From assembly GCF_058153355.1 (NCBI RefSeq), contig NZ_CM177019.1: a DNA stretch of 64,000 nucleotides; one strand, written 5' to 3'. The position numbers and the translations under genes are program-made. The notes under the pieces are model-generated. The model worked only from the letters and a program-made list of their open reading frames with translations. It made no database searches and had not been told where the DNA came from. Every line of letters starts with the position of its first letter. Within the stretch, counting starts at the first letter, position 1. Positions 40,194 through 54,789 of this stretch are shown one piece after another.

Positions 40194-41078
40194 TCAATCA
40201 TGTATTTTTACAGCAAGACAACCACGAACAAACTCAGGATTAAAATGTTTTACCGATTCCCCAACATAACCCAAATCAAGCGAACTAATTTGCGCCATTT
40301 CTTTCTCTGTCAGTGAGAAATCCCAAATAGCAAAATTTTCTTCGATACGCTGTTGATGTGTCGATTTCGGAATAACGACCACTCCCCGTTGAATATTCCA
40401 ACGCAGAATGACCTGAGAAATCGATTTTTGATGGGCATCTGCAATACTCTGAAGCAGATTATTTTCAAAGGGTTTATGTCGTCCACCACCTAACGGAGCC
40501 CATGCTTCAGGCTGTACGTTATAATACTTCATGGTTGCCAGCGCCTCTGGTTGGGCAAAATAGGGATGCAACTCGACCTGGTTGACCATCGGTTTAACTC
40601 TTACCGTTTCACAAAAGTTCGCCAGAACATGAGGATAGAAATTGGAAACCCCAATTGCTTTTAATTTGCCCTCTTCATAGGCATCTTCGAGTGCACGCCA
40701 CGCACTGAAATAATCGCGCATAGCCTGGTGCAATAAATAGAGGTCGAAGTATTCCAGTCCCGATTTTTTTAATGATGCTTCAATACCTGCTGCTGCAATA
40801 TCCTGATTCAACATATCCTGCACCCACAATTTAGACGTTATAAATAACTCTTCTCGGGTACATAAACCTTCAGATATGGCTTCACAAACGGCTTCACCGA
40901 CGGCATCTTCATTACCGTATACCGCTGCAGTGTCGATGAGTCGATAACCCGTGCGGATAGCATTCAACACTGACTGTTTGCACACGTCTTTATCGGTAAC
41001 CTGAAAAACACCAAATCCCATCATCGGCATTTTCAGATTGTTACTTAATACGGAAAATTCCACTGTCAGTCCCTCCAT
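40194..41078 (-). CDS. Aldo-keto reductase (DkgA/YtbE-like)
   Basis: 294 aa with AKR motifs (GFGVFQ, IDTAAVYGNE, LWVQD, IGVSNF); paralogous to the AKR at 47103..47954. Confidence 0.85.
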   Translation of the reverse strand: MEGLTVEFSVLSNNLKMPMMGFGVFQVTDKDVCKQSVLNAIRTGYRLIDTAAVYGNEDAVGEAVCEAISEGLCTREELFITSKLWVQDMLNQDIAAAGIEASLKKSGLEYFDLYLLHQAMRDYFSAWRALEDAYEEGKLKAIGVSNFYPHVLANFCETVRVKPMVNQVELHPYFAQPEALATMKYYNVQPEAWAPLGGGRHKPFENNLLQSIADAHQKSISQVILRWNIQRGVVVIPKSTHQQRIEENFAIWDFSLTEKEMAQISSLDLGYVGESVKHFNPEFVRGCLAVKIHD

Positions 41079-41277
41079 TAGGTATGAACAATGAGTCTAC
41101 GTTAAAACGTAACCTCAAATTAGTATGTGGATTTTGATATCACTTATGCAAAAAATTCATTAATAATGTAGGACTGAAACCTCTCTATTTTTGGGGCAAT
41201 GAAGCAGACGCTATCAGTGCTTTTGCCTTGGGACTTGCTGTTTTTGATACACTTAGGGCCCAGGACATAACGAAAAT

Positions 41278-42168
41278 GTGCGATATGACAAAGAATTAAC
41301 GGAGAATGTGATGATCAGGCAGAAGATTCTACAGCAGCTCCTGGAGTGGATTGAGTGCAATCTTGAGCACCCTATTTCAATCGAAGATATCGCACAGAAA
41401 TCTGGCTACAGCAGACGCAACATCCAGCTTCTGTTCCGAAATTTCATGCATGTACCTTTGGGAGAATACATTCGCAAACGAAGGCTTTGTCGCGCCGCCA
41501 TTCTTGTCCGGCTCACCGCGAAATCTATGCTTGATATTGCACTCTCTTTGCATTTTGATTCACAGCAGTCATTCAGCCGCGAATTTAAAAAGTTATTCGG
41601 CTGCTCTCCCCGTGAATACCGCCACCGTGATTATTGGGATCTCGCAAATATCTTCCCTTCTTTTTTAATACGTCAACAGCAAAAGACGGAGTGTAGATTA
41701 GTCAACTTTCCTGAGACGCCTATTTTTGGCAATTCATTTAAATATGATATTGAAGTGTCGAATAAATCACCGGATGAAGAAGTCAAACTGCGACGTCATC
41801 ATTTAGCCAGATGTATGAAGAATTTTAAGACGGATATCTATTTCGTCTCCACGTTCGAACCGTCAACAAAATCGGTCGATTTGCTCACAGTTGAAACTTT
41901 TGCCGGTACGGTATGCAAACAAACCGATTCAGAGATGTCGAAAGAGTGGACAATTAACCGAGGACTGTATGCCTCTTTCCGCTATGAAGGTGAGTGGGAG
42001 CACTACCCTGAATGGGCGCGAAACCTCTATCTGATGGAATTACCTGCCAGGGGGTTAGCCAGAGTGAACGGCAGTGATATTGAGCGATTTTATTACAATG
42101 AAGATTTCGTAGAAAAGGATAGCAATGATGTTGTTTGCGAAATATTTATCCCTGTTCGTCCGGTTTAG
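41278..42168 (+). CDS. ykgA: AraC-family regulator with GyrI-like effector domain (YkgA-like)
   Basis: AraC-type HTH in the N-terminal half (ISIEDIAQKSGYSRRNIQLLFRNF, FKKLFGCSPREYRH) plus C-terminal domain; start may be the internal MIRQKIL. Confidence 0.7.
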   Translation: MRYDKELTENVMIRQKILQQLLEWIECNLEHPISIEDIAQKSGYSRRNIQLLFRNFMHVPLGEYIRKRRLCRAAILVRLTAKSMLDIALSLHFDSQQSFSREFKKLFGCSPREYRHRDYWDLANIFPSFLIRQQQKTECRLVNFPETPIFGNSFKYDIEVSNKSPDEEVKLRRHHLARCMKNFKTDIYFVSTFEPSTKSVDLLTVETFAGTVCKQTDSEMSKEWTINRGLYASFRYEGEWEHYPEWARNLYLMELPARGLARVNGSDIERFYYNEDFVEKDSNDVVCEIFIPVRPV

Positions 42169-42222
42169 TTATCGCTATGTCTAAATGAATTTATAACAAG
42201 ACTACTGTCAGGCAATTCAATA

Positions 42223-42255
42223 AATAATGGCGTTGAAGATGTCAACGCCATTATT
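42223..42255. terminator. Bidirectional terminator hairpin between ykgA and eaeH
   Basis: 14-bp perfect stem aataatggcgttga / tcaacgccattatt with a 5-nt loop, T-rich on both sides; sits between convergent genes. Confidence 0.55.
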
Positions 42256-42288
42256 GTTTATTAGAATGTTACTTTCATACTCTTAATA

Positions 42289-45200
42289 TTATTTCATCGC
42301 CTCCTCGCCCGTTGCCGTATTGGCATCCACCGCGGTAATGGTCACTGGCTTCATTTCGTACCCGCCATAGGTCAGGGCGTTAAATGTGAACGTATAGACA
42401 CCAGGCTTGCTGGTACTAAATGTACGCGTGATTTTTCCGCTCACGAAATGGTCATTTTTCGACGGCAGGAACTGATAATCCTTCTCCGTCACCCCTTCCG
42501 GCGTCTGAATGTCGACCCACATATTCCCGCCAACGGGGTTATTTGCCGACATCAGGGTCACCTCCAGCTTCGCAGTCGATTTCCCATCCGCCACCAGCGA
42601 AGGCACATTAGATGATGCGGTGAGCTGCGCGTTTTTATCATCCGCGACGAATTTAGCTTCGGCGGTTTTCGTTGATACCTGACCGTTGTTCTGACTCACT
42701 TGCGCCGTGAGTGTATATGTCGCCGCAACAGTCGTGGTGGCGGTGAAAATAGCCTGCCCTTGCTCATTCGTTGTCGCAGTGCCATTCGGTTCCAGGTTTA
42801 ACGAAGCCGGGCTGGCGGTCAGCGTCACTTCGCTATCTTTCACCAAATTCTTATTGGCATCAGTCACCGTAACTTTATACGTTTGTTTGGCTTTGCCGTC
42901 CGCCAGTGCATAGTTGCCAATCACCTCAATACTGGAGACGGTTGCGGTAGCCTTATCGGCTACAAACGTTATAGTCTGCGTATTCGAAGGCTGGCTATTC
43001 CCTGCCGATGCCGTGATCTCATACGTTCCGGCAGTCACTGAAACCACCTGCAACTCTGCTTTCCCCTCATCGTTGGCTTTCACCCAGACATTATCGCCAG
43101 TAAGCGGCTTGACACCCCGGGGCAGATTAAATGTCACCAGAGTTCCTGGAACAGGGTTACCGTTTTTATCCTCAACGGTCGCCGTCAGCGTAAAGGCATC
43201 TTTGCCGTTTGCCACTTTTTGAACGGCGGTGTCTACCTGCAGGTTTGCCTGACCGGTGCTGGCATCCGCGTTGAATTTCACCGTGACCGTCTTCTGAGAG
43301 TTTTTCACCGCGGCCGCGATTTCAAGTTCCCCTGCAACGGTTGATATCAACTCAATATCCGCTTTACCTGCCGCATTGGTTGTTACTGTATTCCCCGTCT
43401 TGCTAGTCACACCCTGCGGTAAAGTCAGCGTAACTTCTTGCCCCTGCAACGGGTTACCATAGCTGTCCACGACGGTCAGGGTTACCTGGTTAGCAGACTG
43501 TCCATTTGCCAGTTGGTTATTCACCTTCACCGCCATATCACTGATCACTGCCCGGGAAGCGTCGCCTGCAACATTCAGCACCAATGGCTGAGCAACGGCA
43601 TTTTGGCCGTTCACGCGTGGCATGACAGACAACTGACCTGCAGCCGATCCCAGCGTTAAGGTCGCCACGTAGACCCCATTACCTTTCTCTGTCCAGTTTC
43701 CTGCTGAAGGACGCTCACTCCCCGTGCTGGCGGCACCGCTAAACACGGGTGCATCGAGTTTCAGGTTACTAACAGGGTTGCCATACGCATCCTTCACGGT
43801 GAAGGTAAGTTCCGTCGTCGTTTTAACCGTTGGAGTCTTATTGTCCGCAACAAGCGTAGAGTTCGCTGATGACATCTCCCCGGCGATGACCGTCAACTGC
43901 GCGGCTTCGGTGGCTGCTGGCTGGCCGTTGAAGAGCGGCATGACACGAAGCTCGCCCGTCTTTCCGCCTGTGGTCAACGTAGCAACATAGGAACCGTCAC
44001 CTTTTTCGGTCCAACTGGAAATAGTCGCCCCTTCAGAGGCGGTCCCCGTCAAACTTGCCGACAACGAAAGACCACTGATAGCGTTGCCATGCGCATCTTT
44101 CGCCACCAGCGTCACGGTTGTGCTTTCGCCTGCTTTTACGCGATCTGCGGCTACAGACACTGTCGACTGGCCTGAAGATAACGCATCAGCCACCACGGTT
44201 ACTTTTGCCGCGTTTGCTGCCGCATCCTGTCCATTTAACTTCGGCATAACTTCTAATTCACCCGCCGTAGAGCCGAGAGTAATCTGCGCAGTCCACGTCC
44301 CATCACCATTATTTGTCCAGCCAGATGCCGTAGAACCTGCAGCGGCTGCGCCCGATAATGACGGCGCTTCCGGCGTGAGGCTGGTCACAGGGTTGTCATA
44401 GGCATCTTTTGCCGACCAGATTGCCGTAACTGTACCGCCAACCACCGGTTTATCCGGATTCAGGGCGATGGTCGAATGTGATGCATCAAGCGGCCCGGCG
44501 ACAAATTTCAGCGTTTGTTGTAATGTGCCCAGCTGATACTGCTCGCTGAAGGCACGCACAACAACGTTTCCGGCACGGGTCGAAGAAACCGTGGCGCTGT
44601 AAACCCCGGGTTTTATTTCCGAAATGGCACCAACGGTAACACCATTAGTGTCTTGCGGAACAAGTCGCAGGCGGCTGGCTTCTCCCGTCACCGGATTACC
44701 CTCGGAGTCCACCGCAGTCAGCGTCAGCGTGTAGGCTTGCTGACCATCAGCAACCACGTCACCTGACGGCTCGTTAGCGCTCAGGGGGGAGTTTGCCACA
44801 TCCATCATCGTGGCCCGCAGTTCTGCAGTGACGGTTTTGCTCATGCCATCAACGCTAACAGTAATCGTTGCCTCACCTGACTGCGTTCCGGTCGTAAAGA
44901 CAGACTGGTACACCCCTGCTTCAGTTTCGGTGAACTCACCCAGTGTGGGTTTTGCCTGTGATTTAGTGGCCTTCAGGGTACGAGTCACAATATTTCCAGC
45001 CGGTTTGAAGGATAGTTCAGTCTTGATCTGATCTTTCATGCCCTTGACTGGCTGGCCCGCTGCGTCGCGCAGAGACAGCACCAGCGGCTTTTGCTCATTA
45101 CCGTTAGCAAGCATTTGAATACGGCTCTGACCGTCAAGCGTTAACGCCGTGCGATCGGCGCTCATACCAGCTCCGGTAATAACCACTTCTGTCTGCACTC

Positions 45201-46537
45201 GTTTCGAGGCATTGCCTTTGTTATCGTAGGCAACTGCTGAAATCGCATAATAATTGTCTTTGCCTGGACGGTAAGCCGGGAGCGTTACTTGCCACTGACT
45301 ACCCTGACCGGTAATTTTGCCACCTTCAGCCAGTAATGACGGCGCTTCCCACTGCACATTTTTCAGTCCGTGAGTTGCTTTGCTGACCACAAGCCCCAGG
45401 GGAAACCGTCTGACAGCCCTTGCCTTCAATACGCTCAGGAAGAGCAATACGGATCACTTCTGATTTGCGGTACTCAAGAATGATATTGTTATTACGCTCA
45501 ACCAGGTCATAGCGGCTGCCGGCCAGTACCCGACGCTCGCGAATGCTATCCGTATCGAGTTGTTTCTCCAGAGGTTCGCCAATTCGGTAGTTAACTTCCA
45601 GGCCAAAGCGAGTGTCATTCTCACCACTCTTGCCCTGCTTATGCCCGGCGCTCAGTGTCAGAAGAGGCACTGGCGTATAGGTTACCTCGGCAGAAATAGC
45701 ATGCGGGTCTTTCTGGCGTTTATCTTTGCCAAACAGCCCGACTTCATCGCCATAATACTGCTCATACATCAGGCTTGCGCCAAGCTGCGGCCAGGCGGGT
45801 AAATAGCCCTCAGCACGAATATCCCAGCCATTCGCCGGGCGTTCCTGATAATCCTCAACATCCGGCGATTTTTTCCAGCCAGAAGCCCGGATATAACCAT
45901 TGGCGCTCAGTTTCAAATAATCACGCCAGTATTCCGCACCAACACCAATGCGGGTATGACTACGGGATAAATCATGATCGATAAAAGTATTCACCCCCGC
46001 CATCCAGTCATTTCCTGAAAAATGACGCCAGCCAAAACCAATATTTGACTGAGTACGATCGTCGGTACGATGTATTGCCCCCTGAGTGAACAACATATTT
46101 GTCGGCGTGTCATAAATCGGATAAAGCATTTCCAGCGAAGAGTCCTTCAGCGAGAAATTTTTATCGACATTCAGTTTGACGCGCGCAGTACCGTATTTCC
46201 CGAGCCACTCCTGTATTTCCTGGTTAGCTTTAACTGCGGCCATTCCGGTAATAAAGTTACGTGTCGCATCGCTATCTGGCTGACTGCTTAAAAATGTCCC
46301 GGCATTTGCGGCAAACGACGCGACATTTTTCTCCACATTATTATCAGCAGCTACCGTGGTATTTTCCATGCTCAGCCGTGGCTGAACCGCATGCTGCGCG
46401 CGTGCTGCCATTACTGGGGTAAAGGTGACAGCGAGTGGAAAAAGAACCTGAACAGAGATATTTGCCCACGCCACGCAGCGGGCCAGAACTGAATAACGAA
46501 ATCGTGGTTGTTTATGACCTGTTTTATAACGTGACAT
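42289..46537 (-). pseudogene. eaeH: Intimin/invasin-family adhesin EaeH (FdeC-like) split by a frameshift into two overlapping ORFs
   Basis: ORF 45326..46537 (403 aa: signal, LysM-like region, outer-membrane beta-barrel) and ORF 42289..45447 (1052 aa of Big/Ig-like repeats) overlap by 122 nt in different frames. The overlap contains C4 and G4 runs at 45394-45402. Confidence 0.75.
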
Positions 46538-47087
46538 TGAGATAATTTCCTGATGAACGAATTAACGAACATAGGCAGACACAAATAATGGCGTCTGCTT
46601 GTCAGAAAAACCGGGGATTTCCCGGTTTCCTTTTCCGCAGAAAAGGAAATACCTTTATGTAAGAAAGTACACCGCCACCTAATATATCCAGTGCCTGTAG
46701 CCACTCATCAGGTGGTTGGGCGCGGGATTATATTTTTATTTATGGGTGAAAATTTAGCTTTTTGTGCAAGTCATTAAATAGATACCTAAGTTATATTTCT
46801 TACTCTGCGGACAGTGAATAATTCATTATTCAGAGTGAATAATAATGACCTGCTTTTAATTTACCACGATTGGAAATACGTCGAAGTAGGTATATACGCC
46901 AGGATAAACCGATATATTTTTTATGGATATTCATTTTCCTTCATCGGACTGTAAATTCCGGGGATATCGAACTTGCACGACTAATCTCAACCCTCAAACA
47001 GATTTATGAATTTTGTTCATAACCCCTGACAAATCCTGCCGTCTAATCGAGCTTTTCCCTTTACGTTATGCTTCTCATGAACGATAA

Positions 47088-49963
<2,876 letters not shown>

Positions 49964-50095
49964 TTAACCACATTATTAGTAACAATGATAATCTGGCTGT
50001 ATCGAAAATAATTCTAAACTTTCAGGAGATTTATTATGAATAAACGTATCCTCACGATTGCGCCATTCTTCTTACCGATATTCTGACACACATCA

Positions 50096-51022
50096 TTAAC
50101 TTTCTATTTTTACTCTTTTCTCCACCATAAAATCAATAAAAGCACGAACTTTAGAGGGCATTCTCACCCGTGATGAAACATAAATATAAAATCCAGGAAA
50201 TGAAACAGCCCAATCCTCAAGAATCGGCTGTAACTTGCCCGCATTGATATGTTCAGCGATTGCAAAATCCAGATGTTGAATGATACCCGTTCCATTCAGC
50301 GCCATTCGTATCATGCTTTCGTCATCATTAGAAATATACTTACCTGAAACCTCTATTTCGAACTCTTCATTACCCCCCACAACATTAGAAAACTCCCATG
50401 CAGAGAGTGCACCGCTACTTTTATGCCGCAACCGAAGGCAATTATGGTTACTCAGTTCCTGAGGCGTTTCAGGAATACCGTGTTCTTTTAAATAATCTGG
50501 CGATGCCACAGTAACCAGTTTAATAAGCGGAGAAACAGGAACGGCAGTCATATGCTCATCCAGTCCTTGCTCAAGACGTATGCCCACATCACAGCCGTCC
50601 GCAATAATGTTAGATAAACCGTCATCCATAATGAGTTCTATCTTTGTTTTGGGGTAACGAGTAAGAAACTCGCCAATATGAGGCTCAACAAGCATCCGTG
50701 CTGCAACACGGGAGGAATTTATTCTCAACAGGCCTGTAGGTTCAAGTTGGGTATCACCAACATCTTTCAAAGCATCATCAATTTGCCCCAAAGCCGACAC
50801 CAGCACTTCATACAGACGCTGTCCTTCCTCAGTAAGCGACATATTGCGGGTCGTACGGTATATCAGCTTGGTGTTAAGACGTTCCTCAAGAGATTTTAAA
50901 TTCTGGGACAATGCGGCCCGCGTAATACCCATTTCAGAAGCGGCTCTGGAAAAACTGCCGGCACGAACAATCAGCGCAAACCAGGCAAGAGAAGGCAAAA
51001 TTGAAGGCTCTATTTTCATCAT
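50096..51022 (-). CDS. LysR-family transcriptional regulator
   Basis: Start likely MMKIEPSIL (about 308 aa); LysR HTH (FALIVRAGSFSRAASEMGITRAALSQNLKSLEERL). Divergent from the hydrolase gene. Confidence 0.8.
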   Translation of the reverse strand: MMKIEPSILPSLAWFALIVRAGSFSRAASEMGITRAALSQNLKSLEERLNTKLIYRTTRNMSLTEEGQRLYEVLVSALGQIDDALKDVGDTQLEPTGLLRINSSRVAARMLVEPHIGEFLTRYPKTKIELIMDDGLSNIIADGCDVGIRLEQGLDEHMTAVPVSPLIKLVTVASPDYLKEHGIPETPQELSNHNCLRLRHKSSGALSAWEFSNVVGGNEEFEIEVSGKYISNDDESMIRMALNGTGIIQHLDFAIAEHINAGKLQPILEDWAVSFPGFYIYVSSRVRMPSKVRAFIDFMVEKRVKIES

Positions 51023-51178
51023 TGTAAACCTTAACTTAACACTGTGATAGATATTAGACCATTGATGATAACCAATACAAGTCATACTATTACGCCGTTC
51101 TCGATATGAACACAAATGCCAGTTGCGGATAATAGAAATGATATTTAAATCTGTTTAGGCAAATCCCTGGAGCTTGAA

Positions 51179-52099
51179 ATGAAAACGGTTTCGATAAAAC
51201 ACACTTACTGGGATATAGCTGCTGATATCTATTTCCCTGACGATTTTAATAGTGAAAAAAAGTATCCTGCCATTATCAGTGCCCATCCAATTGGAAGCTG
51301 CAAAGAACAGACATCGGGTAGTGTGTATGGTGCCGCCCTGGCAAAAGCTGGCTTTATCGTCATTGCTTTTGATGCCAGTTTTCAGGGAAGCAGCGGTGGA
51401 GAACCGCGTTATCTGGAAGATCCAACAATGCGAGTAAAAGACTTCAGCATTGTCGTTGATTACCTTACCACCTTACCTTACGTTGATGCCGGGCGTATTG
51501 GTGTACTGGGTATTTGTGGTGGAGGTGGATATGCCATTAATGCCGCAATGACAGAACGTCGGATTAAAGCCATTGGTACTGTCACGGGTGCTAACTACGG
51601 GCGTCTTATGCGTGAGGGATTTACAGCGTTTAATCCTATCGGAGCACTCGAAGCAATGGCGCAACAAAGAACAGACGAAGCTAACGGCGCAAAACTTCGC
51701 GTAGATGATTTGCTCCCTTCTTCTCCGGAAGCAGCTCTTGAAGCGGGATTAACAGAAATAGACCTTTTTGAAGCAACAGAATATTATCGTTCGCCACGAG
51801 GCTGTGCGCCTAATGGGGTAAATCGTTCGCTATTTTCACATCAGACTGTTGCCGTGGGCTGGGATGCTTTTCATCTTGCAGAAGTCCTGTTAACTCAACC
51901 ACTAATGGTTGTAGTGGGCGATAGAGTGGGCGCTTTTGGTGCCTATCGTGACGGCTGCGAAATTATTGGTCGTGCAGCCTCAAAACATAAAGAGTTGGTC
52001 GTGGTTGAAGGTTATTCACATTACGACCTGTATGATAAGCCAGAACCTGTGAAACAGGCGCTCGATAAATTAATTCCTTTTTACAAAACACATTTGTAA
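51179..52099 (+). CDS. Alpha/beta-hydrolase-fold protein (dienelactone hydrolase-like)
   Basis: 306 aa; nucleophile-elbow-like GxCxG (LGICGGGG) consistent with a Cys/Ser hydrolase. Confidence 0.65.
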   Translation: MKTVSIKHTYWDIAADIYFPDDFNSEKKYPAIISAHPIGSCKEQTSGSVYGAALAKAGFIVIAFDASFQGSSGGEPRYLEDPTMRVKDFSIVVDYLTTLPYVDAGRIGVLGICGGGGYAINAAMTERRIKAIGTVTGANYGRLMREGFTAFNPIGALEAMAQQRTDEANGAKLRVDDLLPSSPEAALEAGLTEIDLFEATEYYRSPRGCAPNGVNRSLFSHQTVAVGWDAFHLAEVLLTQPLMVVVGDRVGAFGAYRDGCEIIGRAASKHKELVVVEGYSHYDLYDKPEPVKQALDKLIPFYKTHL

Positions 52100-52107
52100 T
52101 AACCTTG

Positions 52108-52130
52108 CAGGGAGATTCATTATCTCCCTG
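52108..52130 (+). terminator. Hairpin after the hydrolase gene
   Basis: 9-bp stem cagggagat / atctccctg, 5-nt loop, 9 bp after the stop codon, followed by T-rich sequence. Confidence 0.5.
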
Positions 52131-52271
52131 AGATTTATCCTTTATTGACTACACGACAATAATAAAATTACTCAAAAAGAATTCTATTAAAGGAAAAAAG
52201 CATCAAAAAGTAGCAACTCAACTTATTAAGATTATACGCATTAAAATCAGATAAACATTTGAGGTATTGTT

Positions 52272-53414
52272 ATGATAAATAAACACCCATCATTGTTTTC
52301 TCCTTTTATGCTGACAGAAAAAATAAAGCTACGTAATCGTATCGTTATGGCCCCTATGACGACCTGGTCAGCTAATCCTGATGGAACCATCTCTGAGCAA
52401 GAACTCGAATTTTATAAACGTCGCTCACAAAATGTTGGTTTAGTAATAACAGGATGCACCTATGTCACGCCAAGCGGCATTGGGTTTACTCATGAATTTG
52501 CCGCATATGACGACCGTTTCATTAACAGCCTTGAAAAGTTAGCTGCTGCAGCCAAAAGTGGCGGTGCTCCGGCTATTTTGCAGATTTTCCACGCCGGTAA
52601 TAAAGCCATCCCGGAGCTTGTGCCAAATTACGATGTTATTAGTGCCAGCGCATCAAGCGTAAAATCTGGTGACTTTATGAAGAGAGTGGTACAAAGCAGG
52701 GAAATGACTGAAAACGAAATTCAGGAAACCATTAGAGCATTCGGAGATGTCACAAAAAGGGCGATTAAAGCAGGTTTTGATGGCGTTGAACTTCATGGTG
52801 CGCACGGATTCCTTCTGCAGAATTTCTTCTCCCCTCTATTTAACCAGCGTAATGACCGATGGGGAGGAGATCTTGAAGGACGTATGCGCTTCCCGCTGGC
52901 CGTATTACAGGAAGTAAAAAATGTAGTCTATGAATATGCGAAAAAGCCCTTTGCCATCGGTTACAGAATATCTCCTGAAGAATCTGTAACAGGGGGGCTG
53001 CGGATAGAGGATACTTATAAACTCCTTGATCGGCTCATTTCATCCGGTATTTCGTATATACATACCTCGCTGGTCAGTATTAACGATAGCTACCCTGTTG
53101 AGTCGCCAAATGGCCCCCGAACTATTGAATTGATTTTAAATCATATTGCAGGCAGAGTGCCGGTAATCGCCGCAGGTAAAATACGCACACCGTCTCAGGC
53201 TCAAGAAGCAATTTCCGCTGGCCTGCCACTTGTTGCGATCGGTAAAGGGCTGGTGATAAATCCAGAATGGGTGACTTTAGCTGAATCAGGTAGAAGTCAT
53301 GAAATTCAAACAGCCCTTAATCCACAACGCGTTCCTGAATTAACCATTCCGGATAAACTATGGGATCAAATTCAGGCATCGAAAGGAACTGGCTGGTTTC
53401 CGTTAATGGATTAA
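52272..53414 (+). CDS. Old-yellow-enzyme family NADH:flavin oxidoreductase (NemA-like ene-reductase)
   Basis: 380 aa; OYE motifs (VMAPMTT, GFDGVELHGAHGFLLQNFFSP). Confidence 0.8.
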   Translation: MINKHPSLFSPFMLTEKIKLRNRIVMAPMTTWSANPDGTISEQELEFYKRRSQNVGLVITGCTYVTPSGIGFTHEFAAYDDRFINSLEKLAAAAKSGGAPAILQIFHAGNKAIPELVPNYDVISASASSVKSGDFMKRVVQSREMTENEIQETIRAFGDVTKRAIKAGFDGVELHGAHGFLLQNFFSPLFNQRNDRWGGDLEGRMRFPLAVLQEVKNVVYEYAKKPFAIGYRISPEESVTGGLRIEDTYKLLDRLISSGISYIHTSLVSINDSYPVESPNGPRTIELILNHIAGRVPVIAAGKIRTPSQAQEAISAGLPLVAIGKGLVINPEWVTLAESGRSHEIQTALNPQRVPELTIPDKLWDQIQASKGTGWFPLMD

Positions 53415-53885
53415 ATATCTATTACTCTCCCGAGAGTAAAACTATCAAACCAATGAGTAACCGATACAGCCTCGCAAATTCTTTCAGATAATTAACCCGT
53501 CACTGCGGCACGTTCTCTCATAAGGCGTGCCTGCTGTGTAATCCAGTATGTATCCGGCATACTTGACGGTTTAATAGAACTCAATTCCTTTCCCAGGTTA
53601 CCAACAACGATATCTTGTATAACACCCCAGGAGATACGACATTATGATGAGATGAGGTATGCTCCTCAGCGCCAATCAGCGCCAGGGCTGGGCCAGTTTG
53701 AGATCAGACTCATTCCCGGACTGACTTCAGGCGACATATATCAATGACGTTGGGGCAATAAAAGATAGCCGATGTAATACATCTATTCAAATTTGTGATA
53801 CATGTCAAAAAATTGGTTGACCAAACTCGTTATTTATATAAGGGCACTTACGAAGTGCACTCTTTTTTAAAGCGAGGAAGTACCA

Positions 53886-53987
53886 ATGAAAGAGAATAAA
53901 GTACAGCAAATCAGTCATAAACTGATTAATATCGTTGTTTTTGTCGCAATTGTAGAATACGCCTATTTATTTCTCCATTTCTATTAA
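53886..53987 (+). CDS. ykgR: Small membrane protein YkgR (33 aa)
   Basis: Not in the ORF track (below 60 aa). ATG at 53886 preceded by gaggaag; encodes MKENKVQQISHKLINIVVFVAIVEYAYLFLHFY with one hydrophobic helix; position next to ykgM matches K-12. Confidence 0.65.
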   Translation: MKENKVQQISHKLINIVVFVAIVEYAYLFLHFY

Positions 53988-54321
53988 TAACGGCAATAAA
54001 CTGTTCACTTCAGTGATATTTAAAATATGCATCCTCTCCCTTTTTTTTAAGTAATTATTATATCCGTGGGAGAGGAATACACGCTGTCAGGTAATCAATC
54101 AAACTGCGATAAATCATCGGCCAGTAAAGTGGAGATAGCCTCCATTCTCGAAAAATTCATACTCTCAGCGAAACCATCATCAATCACTCATCCAGGCGTT
54201 TATGGGAGCGTCGCCAATGGCTGCTAACAATGCCAGACTTCCCCGTTGCCGAAATTCCACATACCACAAATGGTCACAGGGATTGGGTGTTGAAATGATC
54301 CGGATGAGCATGTATCTTTAC

Positions 54322-54341
54322 GGTTATGTTATAACATAACA
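54322..54341. promoter_or_regulatory. Zur box upstream of ykgM-ykgO
   Basis: Palindrome GGTTATGTTATAACATAACA about 10-30 bp upstream of the ykgM start; matches the Zur operator consensus core TGTTATA.TATAACA. Confidence 0.7.
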
Positions 54342-54351
54342 GGTAAAAATG

Positions 54352-54615
54352 ATGAAACCCAATATCCATCCTGAGTATCGTACTGTGGTGTTCCATGACA
54401 CCAGTGTTGATGAGTACTTTAAAATCGGCTCGACTATCAAAACAGACCGTGAGATTGAGCTGGATGGCGTAACGTATCCGTACGTGACAATTGATGTCTC
54501 TTCGAAATCGCACCCGTTCTATACAGGGAAGCTGAGAACAGTGGCATCAGAAGGAAATGTTGCACGGTTCACCCAACGTTTTGGTCGTTTTGTTAGCACG
54601 AAAAAGGGGGCGTGA
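54352..54615 (+). CDS. ykgM: Zinc-independent ribosomal protein L31 paralog (type B)
   Basis: 87 aa from [13 protein letters not shown]31 family without the CxxC zinc ribbon. Confidence 0.85.
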
Positions 54616-54755
54616 TGAAAGTCCTTAACTCTCTGCGTACCGCAAAAGAACGCCATCCAGACTGTCAGATTGTGAAGCGAAAAGGACGGCTGTATGTGAT
54701 TTGTAAATCTAATCCACGTTTTAAGGCCGTTCAGGGGCGTAAGAAAAAGCGTTGA
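54615..54755 (+). CDS. ykgO: Ribosomal protein L36 paralog (zinc-independent)
   Basis: Not in the ORF track. ATG at 54615 overlaps the ykgM stop; encodes [46 protein letters not shown] (46 aa), L36 family. Confidence 0.8.
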   Translation: MKVLNSLRTAKERHPDCQIVKRKGRLYVICKSNPRFKAVQGRKKKR

Positions 54756-54789
54756 TTCATAATTCGCCGGATTAACGATATTTGTCTGA

